Origin: Negaprion brevirostris
Lineage: Eukaryota
Assembly (NCBI GenBank): GCA_030324005.1
Contig: JARDVH010000042.1
Span: 71,442,188 to 71,506,187 of the forward strand
Direction of reading: 5' to 3'
DNA: 64,000 bases
How positions within the stretch are numbered: the first letter of the stretch is position 1; the number at the start of each line of letters is the position of its first letter. The position numbers were made by a program, and so were the translations under genes. Shown in pieces: positions 37,801 through 51,917 of this stretch. The notes under the pieces are model-generated. The model was not told the origin of the DNA. It saw nothing but the letters and a program-made list of their open reading frames with translations, and did no database searches.

Positions 37801-40704
37801 ATTTTTTTGTAAATTTTGTCAGTAGGCCTGGATCCCTGCATTACTTGTTACAATTTAATTTTTCCATGGGAGTCTAAAACAGGCATTAAATCCATTATTT
37901 ATACTTAAGTTGTCAAATGCCTATTTTAGGGAGCTGTCTGTGATGCCTGTAAAATGGCCCTACTCAATATCAGGTTGGAAATCCTTTTGATATTGGTATT
38001 GGTCATTAAAATCAGTTTGTATTGTGTCTGTTTTATGCCTGTTAAATGGGCACAACAAGATCCAGTATCTGAATTCTGAATATTATATCAACCAAACTAA
38101 TTTTCAATTACATCCACATTAGAGATCACATTACCTTTGATCTGCATCTGGGGGTTTTCATGAAATGATCTCTCAAATTCATAAAACGGCAGCCACATGT
38201 TCTTACAATTACTGAAATTTATTGCAGTTCAGATCATAAATTTATAAAGGAATATTCGTATTTGTTCCAAGTCAATAATTGTAACGTATTAAAATGTTTC
38301 CAAGAGGCTTTTTATAAAATTCCTAATCAAAGCAGTATCGTCAAATGTGACATTCTAATCCAAGTAGAATGTCCTTGGGGTCAAGTGGGATAGTCCCTGT
38401 AAACAAGCCTGGAGATCAGGATGCAGGATTACCCTTCTGCCATTGTTGGTGATGTAGGCTGCACGTCGATCTAGTGCTGATCACACTGGCTCAACATGGT
38501 GAAAGGTTAGCATTGGTTAACGTTAATTGGCACTATGTAAAGCCAGCCAGCTCCTCTTAAAAGGGAAGTGGTGGGAGCGGGTGTCTGAAGTTATTTTACA
38601 ACTGATTCTGACATGGAAAAGATAGGAAAATAGCACAACATGGGAGAAAGCAGGCTTGAAGGTAATCCAGAACTTTAACNNNNNNNNNNNNNNNNNNNNN
38701 NNNNNNNNNNNNAAGAGTAGAACAAATAAGACCATGACTGCTTGTAGCAGCAGAGTCTGCTGAGTAAAGATAACAGCCTTTGCATGCTTCTTAACTTCAT
38801 TCATTTAGTGTTTTGAGCCCACGACAGGGAAAAAGGGCAGCCCGTGAGGGGGAGGTGGGCAAGTGATGGTGGGGACTTAGAAATCATTAAACTGAGGTCA
38901 GAAATGATGTGACAGATTCTGTCACACTTTCAAAAGCAAGCAGGATATTCTCCCAAAGTCCTGGGCAACAATCATCCCTCCACCAGCACGATAGAGACAG
39001 AATAATTGGTTATTCAGTATATTACTGTGCACAAACCAACCTTTAAGACAACAGTGAATACATTTCAAAAGTAATTTGTTGATTGTGGGATATCCAAAAA
39101 TGTGAAAACTATTATACAAATTCAAGTGTTTTATTTTCCTTATGTTCACAGTATTTATTTCATGACTTAGGAAGTCCCCACCACCACTGAAAAATTCAGT
39201 GAGAGGATTATTTTTTAAATAGGATTTAATTGCAACATGGAATAAAACTCGCTTTCTTTCAAATGTCTGTAGTGTCACTTAATCATAGGAAACTGCAGGA
39301 TGTCAGAAGGTTGGCATTCTTCAACAGATGTTGCTCATAAGTATTAGAGCAGATGTGCTTGACACAGGAATGATGTGACCCAGCGGTTTCAGTGCTATCA
39401 TTCTCTTTCATGCCTTCTGTTCTTACCAGCTCTTCCATTTAGATTCGGCCAGAAACAAGCCACTCCTGACCTCATTGCAGCCCTGAATCAAACCTGGGCA
39501 AAAGGGCTAAATGTTAAAGGGGAGATGAAGAGCAGCCCCTTCTATCCCATTGTGCAGCATGGCACCAACCCAAGCAAAACCGAGGTCAATGGCAATGGGG
39601 ATGTGGGGGGCAGCAGAGGTGCTGCAGTGATTAAAGGCAAACTATTTCAACAGCTGGAGTTACACCTGACACATCAGAAGCTGTCTGGGGTTAATGAAAG
39701 CCAAATCATTATAGCCCTAACATTGCCACTAGAGTTCCTCAAGGCAGTGCCTTTGCCCCCACCAATTTGAGTTACTTCACCAGCTGGGGAAATTGAGCTT
39801 TCACAACTGAGACACATGGATTTTTGTTAGGTAAATAAGGGAATTTAAGGACTTGGAGCAAAGTAGGTACATGGAATCAAAATAGATAAGCCATGAAATA
39901 ATTGAATAGTAATGTGGGCTTGATGGGCTGAATAGCCTACTCCTGATCCTATGTTCTGCATTAGGATGATCACAACTGGAAAGTTTGCTCAAACACTGAA
40001 GCAACCAGTTTCCGATAATGATGGGAAGAAGCTGCCGAGTGGTTTTAATGTTAGAAGGAAGTTGCAGTATAATGGCTTCTTAGAGCATAGAAATAGTACT
40101 TTGACCCTGATAAGAACTGTAAAACAGCAGCGATTCTGCCAAATTTAATGGCTGAACTCAAATTATTTTTTGTTCCCCTGACTTTCGGTTGCAGCTAACC
40201 AGATTGACAGTCTGGGAAGGGCTGTGGGGGCTTGGAGTGAGGGAAAGAGGAAGAATCTCTGTTTCTGCTTATCTCTCACCTTTCATTTCCCTTCAGTTGC
40301 TGGGTTTCCTGAGACCTTGGAAATCCGGCTGGCGAGCAGCCTCAAATTTTAAGTGTTGGTAAAATGCAGAGCCGACTCCACAGACTGGAATTCACAACAG
40401 ATGGTATTAGCATTTCATTTCCTTTTGTTATTATTAATCCCTGTGGGATTTTTCCTCATTCACTCACCGGATGCAAGGTGATATGCTTTAGGTTTATCTT
40501 AGCAAACCAAAGTTTCAAGACTTTGATACATTTGAAACCTAGTGCAATCTGTAAATCCTAATGTGGGTTGAGATCATTGTTACTTGAATTGGATGAAGTC
40601 ATTCTTGGAGGCATCTACATTGTTTGGATACCTGGAAACCTCTTTCCCAAGGCTCTCACCAGGGACATCTGAACATCCCCCTCAAAGAGAATTCAGTAAA
40701 TTGA

Positions 40705-40980
40705 AAGTTAAAGCTTATTTATTAGTCACAAGTAAGCTTACGTTAACACTGCAATGAAGTTAAATTCCTGAGTCGCCACACTCTGGCACCTCTTTGGGTA
40801 CACACTGATGGAGAATTTTGCATGGCCAAGGCACCTAACCTGCATATCTTTGGACTGTTAGAGGAAACCGGAGGAAACCCACGCAAACATGGGGAGAACA
40901 TGCAAACTCCACACAAACAGTGACCCAAGACAGGAATTGAACCCAGGTCCTTGGTGCTGTGAGACAGCAGTGCTAATCAC
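40705..40980 (-). mobile_element. HE1-like V-SINE (tail type 2)
   Basis: aaagcttatttattagtcacaagtaagcttac...gcaaactccacacaaacagtgacccaag...cagtgctaatcac. Confidence 0.85.
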
Positions 40981-40989
40981 CTGAGTTGG

Positions 40990-41590
40990 AATACAATGAA
41001 ATGTATTTTTTTTTGCACGCTGTACAAACAAAACACATGTACATAGAGTACATAGGGGAGACAGAAAGGAAAGGATTGGACGCAGAATGTAGTGTTGCAG
41101 TTACAGATATGTTGAGGAGAAACGTCTTAATATATGCTTAATGTATGATAAAAGTCTGACAGCAGCAGGGAAGTCGCTGTTCTTGAGTCAGTTGGTACAT
41201 GACCTCAGACTTTTGTATCTTTTTCTGAGGGAAGAAGATGGAAGAGAGAATGTCCGGGGTGTGTGTGGTCCTGAATTACGCTGCGGCTTTTCCGAGGCAC
41301 TGCGAAGTGTAGAGTCAATGAATGAAAGGCTGGTTTGCCTAATGGATTGGGCTTCGTTCACAACTCTTTGTAGTTTCTTGCAGTCATGAGCAGAGCAGGA
41401 GCCATACCAAGCTGCGATACAACTGGAAAGAATGCTTTCTATGGTGCATCTGCAACAGTTGTTGAGAGTCATAGCTGACATGCCACATTTCCTTAGTCTT
41501 CTGAGAAACCAGAGGCGTTGGTGGGCTTTCTTAACTGTAGTGTCGGCATGGGGTTCCAGGGCAGGTTGTTGGTGATCTGGACACCTGGGG
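40990..41590 (-). mobile_element. Rex1/Babar-type LINE, RT C-terminus plus 3' UTR
   Basis: The minus-strand ORF reads CRCTIESILSSCIAAWYGSCSAHDCKKLQRVVNEAQSI, typical of the Rex1/Babar RT C-terminal region. Confidence 0.8.
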
Positions 41591-41918
41591 ACTGATCAGG
41601 TTTTAATCCCAGCAATTTCCCCAATACAATTTCCTAACTAACAAGGATTTTGTTCAATACCTCCTTCATGCTAGGCCCTTTGTCCCCTAATATTTCTGGA
41701 AGATTATTTGTGTCCTCCTTAGTGAAGACAGATCTAAAGTATTTGTTCAGCTTGTCTGCCGTCTCTTTGTTGCCCATTATGAATTCACCTGTCACTGTAA
41801 TTATTTGTCTTCACTAGATTTTTCTCTCATCTATAGAAGCTTTTGCAGTCAGTTTTTATGTTTTCTGCAAGCCTACTCTCATATTCTATTTCCCCCTTCC
41901 AGTTAAACCCTTTTTCCT
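41590..41918 (-). mobile_element. CR1 LINE ORF2 fragment
   Basis: The minus strand reads EYESRLAENIKTDCKSFYR...ADKLNKYFRSVFTKED. Confidence 0.75.
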
Positions 41919-42018
41919 NNNNNNNNNNNNNNNNNNNNNNNNNNNNNNNNNNNNNNNNNNNNNNNNNNNNNNNNNNNNNNNNNNNNNNNNNNNNNNNNNN
42001 NNNNNNNNNNNNNNNNNN

Positions 42019-42250
42019 GTACACTGAAGGGCAAATTAGCATGGCCAATCCACCTAATCAGCACATTTTTGGACCGTAGGAGTAAATCAGAGCACTCAGA
42101 GGAAACCCATGCAAACACAGAGAGAACGTGCAAACTCTACACAGGCAGCGACCCAAGCCAGGAATCGAAGCCGGGTTCCTGGTGCTGTGAGGCAGCAGCG
42201 CTTGCCACTGTGCCACCTACCCCCCCACCCCCCACCACCCACCATGCCAC
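42019..42250 (-). mobile_element. HE1-like V-SINE
   Basis: tagcatggccaatccacctaa...gtgaggcagcagcgcttgccactgtgccacc. Confidence 0.83.
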
Positions 42251-44028
42251 GTCCTGATGCTCTGATGTTGACTGAAGAAATATTTAACCCATCTGTTGGT
42301 TGCTTGTCTTTTCATCATTTTTGTTCTTGTGATTGATGTTCACTTTCAACTGCATCCTAATATAATGAGAATGCTTTTGCTTCAATCTCCCATCATGCTT
42401 ACAGTGAACACAACCTCATTTTTAAAGATCTCTTGTGCCTCACCTCCCTACCCCAAGGGAGCCCCTTGAAGGTCTGTAATATTTCTTGTTTGTAAGTATC
42501 TAAAGAAATTAAAAAGAACTTGAAGTTACAAGAGCTTTCGACATTCTTGGAACACTGCACAGTGCTCTACAGCCAATACCTGAGTAGCGCAATCACAATT
42601 GCACATACAGTGGGCTAATTTTCACATAGCAAGACACCAGAAACAGCAATGAGGTACATCACCACATAATTTGCCTCAGTAACTTTGGATGAGGATCAGA
42701 TTTTGGCTAGGACGTTAGAAGGACATCTCTGCACCTCTTCAAATAGTGCCTTAGGAACTTTAACATTCAACAATGAAAGTAATTTAGCATTTCATTCTGA
42801 AGATATCCCTCAACCAGTGTTGCAAGACTACATGCTGAAATGGGTGATTGGGCATTGATTTTGGGATTCGCCAACTCTTACAGAATAGCACTGAGGCAAG
42901 GCTGAATAATGGTATAATGCCCAAAGCATAAATATAATTGCCATGATACTATGGATAAATCTCATTTTCTGATGCAATTATATCAATATCAGGGAATATT
43001 AGTATTTACGCCCTTTGGTCTGTGATTTAGCACATTCTCCAGTTGATGGAACACATTGGTACTGTTGCTTAAAGACGTTAGTTAATTCAGCAAAAATAAC
43101 ATTACTTGATTTTCATAGAACTAAAACAGATTTGCTTTTGGAAGACCTATCCAATGATTTATTCATCCTTGCTGGCTTTTCATTTGCTCTTGTATTTCTC
43201 ATCATTGATTTGTTCTGCAATGTGGAACATTTCTCACTGAGTGGAGTAAGAATTAAATACATTGTAAATAATCTTTCTATGAAGAAACAAAGCAAAATTG
43301 AAGAAAATACTGAGGGAGGTCCAAGTCATTCCACGTGAGCTGATCTTCCTAATTTGAGATGGGACAAGGTTATTAGAGATCACCAATACTAATTTATTAT
43401 GAGCACAACATAATGCAAGACAGATGTTTCTAAATTATCTGCACATTTTAGTGATTTTTTTACTTCTGACACATTGAAGCAACAGCCAGACTTCCGACTT
43501 TTGATAAGCAACTCATTGTGATACATTTAGAAATTATTGTCTGGAATTTTTAGCATATTAGTGTGTTCCCCACCATCACATTGCAAATACAAATGTCTTT
43601 ATTAATATATTTTGATTTTAATCTTAAAGGGAACTTGCCACCTATTTATCAAAAGCAAACAAACACACATTTTCTATTGTAAAATATTTTCGTCTTTGGT
43701 GAGGGTATTATTTCTGGACTCATGAGACATTTCAAATTATTTAGGTCAACAGGAAGATCTTATTAATACTTAGACTGTAATTGCAGTGAATTTTAATTAT
43801 TGCTCAGTAGACACAGTGCTGTAGGATTCCCTACTTCAATTATACTTTATGTCTGTCTTGTCTCGCACAGAAGGTAGAGAAGGATGCACAGGAGGGAAAG
43901 GGAATGTACAGCTGAGTGAAAGTATGCAGGTTCACAATTGTGGTTCCTCATGAGTGAAGTCAAGATTGTCTTCAATCCGACACACACTGCTTCGTAAATA
44001 TTAATTTTGCTTAATGCTCTTTTGTTGA

Positions 44029-44328
<300 letters not shown>

Positions 44329-44444
44329 TGAAACAAAGTAACAAATTAATGGCGTAGTTAGAATAAAGTTCTATTACAATAAATCACCATTATAATTGGT
44401 AAATAAATTCTTAGCATAGCAATGGCTATATCTGCATCATTCTA

Positions 44445-44865
44445 GAAATAGCCATGTGGGAGTCCAGAATAAGAACCTTCAATTACAGCTAGACCATGAG
44501 GGAATGATATCAGGAAACACGCCTTATAGAGTCAGAGAATAGTTAAATCACAGGAGGAGGCCATTCAGCCTGTCATGCCTGTTGTGGTTCTCTTCTAGAG
44601 CAATTCAGCTCACCTCACACCACTCCCTTGCCCCCCATCATTGCAATTTTCTTTTATACAGAGGATGATGGAAATCCGGAGCTCTCCTCCCTAAATACAG
44701 CTGAGGCTAGGTTAAGGAAACATTTCAAAACTGAATAAAGAGTTGTGGAACAATGGTGGGTAGATGGAGTTAAGATACAGGTCAGTTTTAATCTAATCGA
44801 ATGGTACAGCAGACTTGAGGAGCTGGATGTTCATTTTAACTAACAATTTTCTTATGTTCCTAATG
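44445..44865 (+). mobile_element. CR1 3'-end fragments (nested)
   Basis: CR1-like 3' text (ggaaatccggagctctcc...gctgaggct...aatggtacagcagacttgaggagctggatg...ttcttatgttccta) with an inverted CR1 tail piece inside. Confidence 0.5.
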
Positions 44866-45609
44866 TGTTTGAGCTTGCTACATACATCAAAGCTACCAAT
44901 TGCTAACAGCAGTGACACTACCACAACCAGCCTGTTACAACTGACATGTTATTTGTGAATAATTTCCTTTTGGCCGTTGCACTTCTGAACTGCTGATTGG
45001 TAGATCTACATTCATTGAATCTGATTCTCAATGTTGGACTGAAGTATGGAACTTGTTTTCTTAGATTGCAGTTTATAACCCCTGCTGCACCCATCTAAAA
45101 AAAACTATAGCTACTCTTAGTCAACTAAACATCTATCTGGATGTGAACAGAACAAATTAAGGCATATTGCAAACATCTGTGTAGAATTAAGATGAGTTCA
45201 ACAGGGATGTTTTTCAAATTCAAGCTGACATCTACTGATTGATGCATGCGATTCCTTTTATAAGTTCTTAGGTAGGATTTAGTGGTGGAACCCCCACCCT
45301 GAATCAAAAAATAGTGGATATCCTGCCCTTACTGCAAAGCTCTCCTTAGATTTGACTGAATGATTCTGGATTACGTGCTGTTATCTCCTATACTTTTGTG
45401 GTTGTGTAACATTACAATCAGAATGGGATTCAGCGTTGTACATTTTAATTAACAAATGTGATCAGCATAAAACAATCATTAAACTGAATTAAAATGCATT
45501 GAAAATGCCATAAAAACATTGTACTTCAAGATAAGAAAGGCAGGCTAACATTTGGGAATGGCCCTTTTATCATAACAGTCTTTAAAGTGGGTATCCCCAT
45601 TTCTGTATT

Positions 45610-45960
45610 TAAATAACAACAACTTATATTTATATCCTGTCTTTAACATAATAAAACATCTCAAGGTGCTTCAGAGGAGGGTTGTAAAGCAAACTTAGAC
45701 ACCAAGCCACGTAAAGCAATATTGGGGCATATAGCGAAAAGTTTGGTGAATGAGGTAGGAGCATCTTAAAGGAAGAAAAATGAGAGAGAAGCGGAGAATT
45801 TTAGGGAGTATGTGCCAGAACTTAGAGCCTGGCCAGCTAAAGACACAACTATCACTGGTTAAGCAAATAATATTTGGGGTGCTCTAAAGTTTAGAATTAG
45901 AGGAGTGCAGATACAAAGATGGATCGTGGGGTTAATGGAAACTACAGAGATAGGGTTCCA
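45610..45960 (-). mobile_element. L2-type LINE 3' fragment
   Basis: aacaacaacttatatttatatc...catctcaaggtgcttcag...gcatcttaaaggaag. Relatives at about 59530-60150 and 62150-62530. Confidence 0.55.
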
Positions 45961-46411
45961 CAATAAGGTTAGTCAATAGTGAAGGCTGACTAAGATATAG
46001 ACCAAACCAGTAGNNNNNNNNNNNNNNNNNNNNNNNNNNNNNNNNNNNNNNNNNNNNNNNNNNNNNNNNNNNNNNNNNNNNNNNNNNNNNNNNNNNNNNN
46101 NNNNNNNNNNNNNNNNNNNNNNNNNNNNNNNNNNNNNNNNNNNNNNNNNNNNNNNNNNNNNNNNNNNNNNNNNNNNNNNNNNNNNNNNNNNNNNNNNNNN
46201 NNNNNNNNNNNNNNNNNNNNNNNNNNNNNNNNNNNNNNNNNNNNNNNNNNNNNNNNNNNNNNNNNNNNNNNNNNNNNNNNNNNNNNNNNNNNNNNNNNNN
46301 NNNNNNNNNNNNNNNNNNNNNNNNNNNNNNNNNNNNNNNNNNNNNNNNNNNNNNNNNNNNNNNNNNNNNNNNNNNNNNNNNNNNNNNNNNNNNNNNNNNN
46401 NNNNNNNNNNN

Positions 46412-47375
46412 GAGAAGGTGGTGATGAATTGCCTTCTTGAACCATTACAGTCCCTGAGGTGTAGGTGCACTTAGTGCCATTAGGGAGAGGGTTCCAGGAT
46501 TTTGACTTGATAGTAGTGAAGGAACAACAATATGTTTCCATCTCAGGGTGTCAGGAGGTGAGTTACATACCATAGAATTCCCAACTTCTGATCAGATTAT
46601 GTCGCCACAGTATTTATATCGCTGGTCTAGGTCGGTTCCTAGTCGATTTCTAATCACGCTGAAGATAGTGACATTGGGGGATTCAGTGATGGTAATGCCA
46701 TTCATTGTCAAGAAGCGATTGTTAGGTTCTCTCTTGTTGAAGGTGCTCATCGCCTGGCACTTGTGTAGCACAAATGTTACTTGTTACTTGTCAACCCAAG
46801 CCTGGATATTGTCCCGGTCTTGCTCCATTTGGATTGCATCAGTAACTGAGGAGTTACGAATGGTGCTGAACATTGTGCAGTTGTCAGCAAACATCTCCAC
46901 TTCTGACCTTATGTTGGAAGGAAGGTCATTGCTGAAGTAGCTGAAGGTGATTGGACCTAGAACATACCCTGAGGAACTCCTGTAATGATGTGCTGAAATG
47001 GAGATGATTGACTTCCAGCTAGCACAACCATCTTTCCTCATGCCAGGTATGACCCAAACTAGCATGATCTCCCCATGATTCCCATTGACTCCAGTTTTGC
47101 TAGGGTCCTTTGATGCAACATTTGGTCAAATGCTGCCTTGATGTCATGGCAGTCACTTTTGTCTGACCTCTGAAGTTAATCTCTTTTGTCCATGTTTGAA
47201 CCAAGGCAATAATGACATCAGGAGCCAAGTGACCCTGGCAGAACCCAAGCTTGAGCACCAGTGAGCAAGTTATTTTTGAGCATGTGCCAATTAATAGCGC
47301 TGATGTTGCCTGCTTTACTGATGATGGGACAGTAATTGGGAGGGATGGATTTGTCCTGTTTCTTGTGTGGAGGAC
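46412..47375 (-). mobile_element. CR1/L2-clade LINE reverse-transcriptase fragment
   Basis: The minus strand reads VLGPITFSYFSNDLPSNIRSEVEMFADNCTMF...DRDNIQAWVDK (RT FADD region). Confidence 0.85.
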
Positions 47376-48245
47376 ATATAAATTAGATCCAACAGATAAG
47401 AAGCTTGTGACATTGAATGCCCCCATATTACACACACAAAAAAACTCACTAATCATTAACCTTCAAACACTTAAGTGTTTGAGTTTGGCCTTGACAATGC
47501 ATTGATGTGGCACTCAGATAATTCGGCATGACTGAATGTTTCTGGAGGGCTTATCATTCTGTTGATATACTCACAAGCATTAGCTGTTGAGAACTTTAGA
47601 CAGTATGAAATTCCTGGGGCTGGACTTCATTACAGAAACATAGCTGAGCAGGGTTCCAGGCACAATGTCTTGTCACAATGTGGCCCTGATCCTGTCCAAA
47701 GGTGATGTGTATGATAGGGTGAGAGGGTCATGAAGCTTTGTGCAATGATATCTGATTGATTGTTCCAGTCAAAGTAGGCCTAAGTATAACTGTAAAATAA
47801 ATTGTTTGTTGTCGTTAGGAGACTGGTATTTCCTTAAGTTCTGAACACCATTTCCATCAAGATCTCATTGTGCTGGTGTACTTCATACTAGTGGCATGTA
47901 AAGTAGAATTGTGGCATTTCTGAGCCAGCAGTCCTACCTCTTCCACTGATATCCGTATGGACTGGGTCAGATACAAGAACTGCCAACAAGCACTTCTAAT
48001 GGAAATTTGTACTTGATAAAATAAGGAGACAAACACTTGGTGCAATCAGATCCTGCTGCAATCTCAGCCACCCAACCCATATGCATTGCCAGATTTCCCT
48101 TGCTTTCCACTCCTCGGAACTCCAGAGCTTCAGTGTTCAGAAAGCTTTACCATTAAGAAATGCAAGTGATGATGTAATGTTCCGTGGGGTTACTCCCACT
48201 CATCTGCTTCAGTGAATGAGTAACAGAAGCCCTGGAAAAGCGACT

Positions 48246-48370
48246 TAACAATGTTAAGGTGCTTTTATTACAGCACAAGTTTTACATATTATGGTGATGA
48301 ATTTTAAGTTGATGAATTCATCACCATAATATCTAAAACGTGCTGTAATAAAAGCACCTTAACATTGTTA
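48246..48370. repeat. ~125-bp near-perfect inverted repeat (about 56-bp arms, about 11-nt loop)
   Basis: taacaatgttaaggtgcttttattacagcac...atattatggtgatgaatt / aattcatcaccataatat...gtgctgtaataaaagcaccttaacattgtta. Confidence 0.92.
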
Positions 48371-48576
48371 TGTCTTCTGGTTCCCAATAGGTTCAAAGTA
48401 ACCACACTTTACACTTCAAAATGCTGAGGTTTTATCAATTGTATTTCTTGCATCTCTTCACGTGGCCAATACATTGTTACACAGCACATATCTGCAGTGC
48501 AACAGTGAATGTGGCATCCGAGGATATGTGCTCACATGGTTAGTTCCTAACTCCTTGCAAATAATGGAACTCAACA

Positions 48577-49490
48577 GGGGCAATTCTCCCAGCCTGCTGC
48601 GCTGTTCTAGCAGAACAACAAGCTGGGAGACATTAGCAGACACCATTTAGCAGGCTCCCCCACTGGGCAACACAGCCTCCGCATGTCTCAGGCTCCAAGA
48701 TTTTTAGAGTCATCAGCTCTGCACCGATTTCCGGTGCGGAGCTGATTTAAATATTTAAATTATAATTTCAATGTCATTAGCAGGCCTGGAAGCCTCCGGG
48801 TCTGTGAGTAACTNNNNNNNNNNNNNNGTTCCTTCCAGCGGAGTTTACAACTGCTGGCCACGAACAGGGAGCAGGCAGCCCAACCCCTCTGGAGTGACAG
48901 AGGCCATTGAGGCCCCTAGGAGGTTTGGGGCAAAGGTGAGATACTCCCTGAGCAGTACCAACCTGGCAGAACCTGGCCCCGGCAATGCCCAAGGGGCAAC
49001 TTGGCACTGCCCACTAGAAATTGGACACTGCCAAGAGGAGGGTGGGGCTATTGGGAGGGCCAACGGGGGGAGATCAGTGGGGGTGGGGGGGACATGCTGC
49101 CATTCAGCACAGGGATTGGTGGCAGAGGAAAGGAGACTGGTGATCGGGGCTGAGCATCCAGGTTGGGGCGGTAGGGGTTCAACCTGCCAAGGAGGTCGCG
49201 GCTGCTGCGGGGGAGTGGGGAGGGGGGTGTGTTGATGGAGGTCAGGGAGATCTGGGCTGGCCCAGGTAGCTCAAGGAGGCCAGTGATCACACAGGAGGGG
49301 AGGTCAAGGCTCAGCAATGCAGAGTGGCAATGCCTGTCAGTTGGGAGGCCAGCAATGCGGGACCACTGAGCATGCACTGATCTCGGTGCTGACAGATGGG
49401 TGCACGCTCAGTGGCCCGCTCAGTGCTCTGCTGCCAGCCTCTCCGGCGGGTCTAGGCCCCATCCACAAATTTTCAGAGTGGATCTCACTC
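48577..49490 (+). mobile_element. MITE-like family A copy (3' truncated)
   Basis: Starts ggggcaattctcccagcc and is colinear with the 3319 and 12845 copies. Confidence 0.75.
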
Positions 49491-50884
49491 AGGTACTAAG
49501 AACCAGGATCGATTATCCAGCTTGNNNNNNNNNNNNNNNNNNNNNNNNNNNNNNNNNNNNNNNNNNNNNNNNNNNNNNNNNNNNNNNNNNNNNNNNNNNN
49601 NNNNNNNNNNNNNNNNNNNNNNNNNNNNNNNNNNNNNNNNNNNNNNNNNNNNNNNNNNNNNNNNNNNNNNNNNNNNNNNNNNNNNNNNATATTATTCACG
49701 GTGTCACTTAGGTGGTAGAATATTGTGGCTCTATCTTGTAGATTTGGAATTAATCGCTGTCACTGGTGAGTTGACACGCTGCACAGGTGATGTTGTGTGT
49801 GTTTCTCCTTGTGTAGATGTGGTTGGTATTGCTAATGTTGTGTCCCTTGCTGGTGACGCTGTTAATACTGCGCCATTTGTTAGTGATACAGTTAATGTTA
49901 TGTCACTGATTAGTGATGTTACTGATGTTGCTGGTGATTATTGTTGCTTTTCCAGCTCACATGCAGGTCAAATATGGATTCTGTTGTTTCTCATTTGCTT
50001 AGCAGTTTCAGTCTCAATGATGTATGTGACTGCAGGTGAGTCAGTCTCTGAGAGAGAGAAAGAGAGAGATTGTCCTTTCTGATTAATCTTTTTGTACTTC
50101 AGGGTGTGCAGCATTCTAAAGAACAGTTGTTATGATTCCTATAGAGATCGATAATATTTAAAAAGAAATTCGAACTCCTTGTAATAGCTGGAGCAGATGG
50201 CACATCAAGATTTTATGTTTTAAGATTTTTACTGTAGCAGATAACTAAAAACACTATTAACTGAACACTGTTTTTGTAGGAAATTTACACTTTGAACTAC
50301 AGAAAGGAATGCCCCCTTTTTAAATTAATATATATTAGACTCTCTACACAAAATTCAGTCCTTACAACAAACAGTCCATGGTTGATCCCAGCTTCCAATG
50401 GATAGGCCTTTCCCATTTCATTGAATAGTTATTCTAAGTGATCACATCCAGATGCTTGCCCTAGTTTTCTGAGAGTTTCCTAAATCCACTACCAGCTGTT
50501 AAGCCTGTCCCCTTTGGTAATACCTGGATGAATTTCCTAGATTCCTTAGCTGACAACAGGTTGCAGCTCTTTGACAAGAGACTGTCTCCTTCCTGCATTC
50601 AGCTATATTAGTCCACAAAGCCAAGCTGCTGATGGTGCAAAGCTGTCAGCTGTTTGTGACATTCATTTATTTGCAGGGATGCCCGAAACTTGCTCTTTTC
50701 AGTGACTTCCCCGGCATCCTTCTCTATGTTGACATGAATCATATGGGCCACGTATCTAAGTAGAAGTACTAATTAGCTACAGTTCGGAGCCCAACTGTTT
50801 CAACTTGGAACTACATGGACAGTTCAAAGCACAACTATTTTCAATGCAACATTCTAATTTTTTGGGGACTTTGGAGACTCACAT

Positions 50885-51613
50885 GGCCAAATTTTACCAT
50901 CATGTTGCACCCATTTTCGCATGTGGAAATGTGGTAAAGTCGGACATGAGGCGAGTAGTATGATCTGCGCTCACCTCCACGCTGGTTCCCCCTATACCAA
51001 AGCCCGAAAATGGCCATGATCAGGACAGTGCCTGAAATGGTTGTGATGGCCATCTAAATGCACTTATATGCATTTAGATTGACTTTATTGGCTGCATGGC
51101 CAACTTAACCGGCACTTCCCCCTTTACCACTGCATTCACCAATCCAAAATTAGTGCATGTTCTATAATTGTCCAATTCGGGTGCTCCATTAGTGAGGTTT
51201 AGTGAGGAGCTAAGTGCTTAGCGCCCAATGGCTCTCTGCTACTTACAGGGGTCTTTGTCTTGCAGCAATTTTGTTCCCCGGATTGCTGGGGGGTCANNNN
51301 NNNNNNNNNNNNNGAGTGGGGGGCTTTTGCTCTGCAGGGTGTCCGATGTCTGATTTGCAGCACGGACCCAGGTCTCAGCACTGCCCTCGGATTTTTGAAG
51401 GCTGCTGCGTCCTAGTGAACGTAGCACTTTGCCAACTGAAGGATGTGCAAAATTGCAATGCTGCAAGCTTTGAACTTTTCAAGGAGCTATGTTTCTGGGG
51501 AGCATGTGAATGGGGTAATTGGCTGTCCGCTGCCACTCTGCCTGAGATCAGTGGAGAGGAAGGGGGGTCTAAGTCCATCAAGTACTTAGAATCAAAATGG
51601 TAAAATAGGGCCC
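50885..51613. mobile_element. ~730-bp MITE-like element
   Basis: TIR ggccaaattttaccat ... atggtaaaatagggcc(c). Confidence 0.65.
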
Positions 51614-51917
51614 ACAGCCTTCACTGTTCACACACAGGCTGCTGCCAAAGTAAACTAATATAGGCTTCACTTTCAAACAACCAAATGCCTCATGCTTCCT
51701 GTCAAGCAGACTTCAGAACAGGCCACATGACTCCCTTAATTTTGTGTTAAATTTAAAATAGTCTTAAAACATAACAATTTAAAAACATCAAAATTGTAAC
51801 AAAGCCTTTCATCTGTGTTTTAAATTTACATTTTCTGGCTACATTCTTCAATCTTGTGAAATTGGCAACCTGACTCTCACCTCAGGCTTGTAAATCATTT
51901 TGATAGATCCATCGAAT

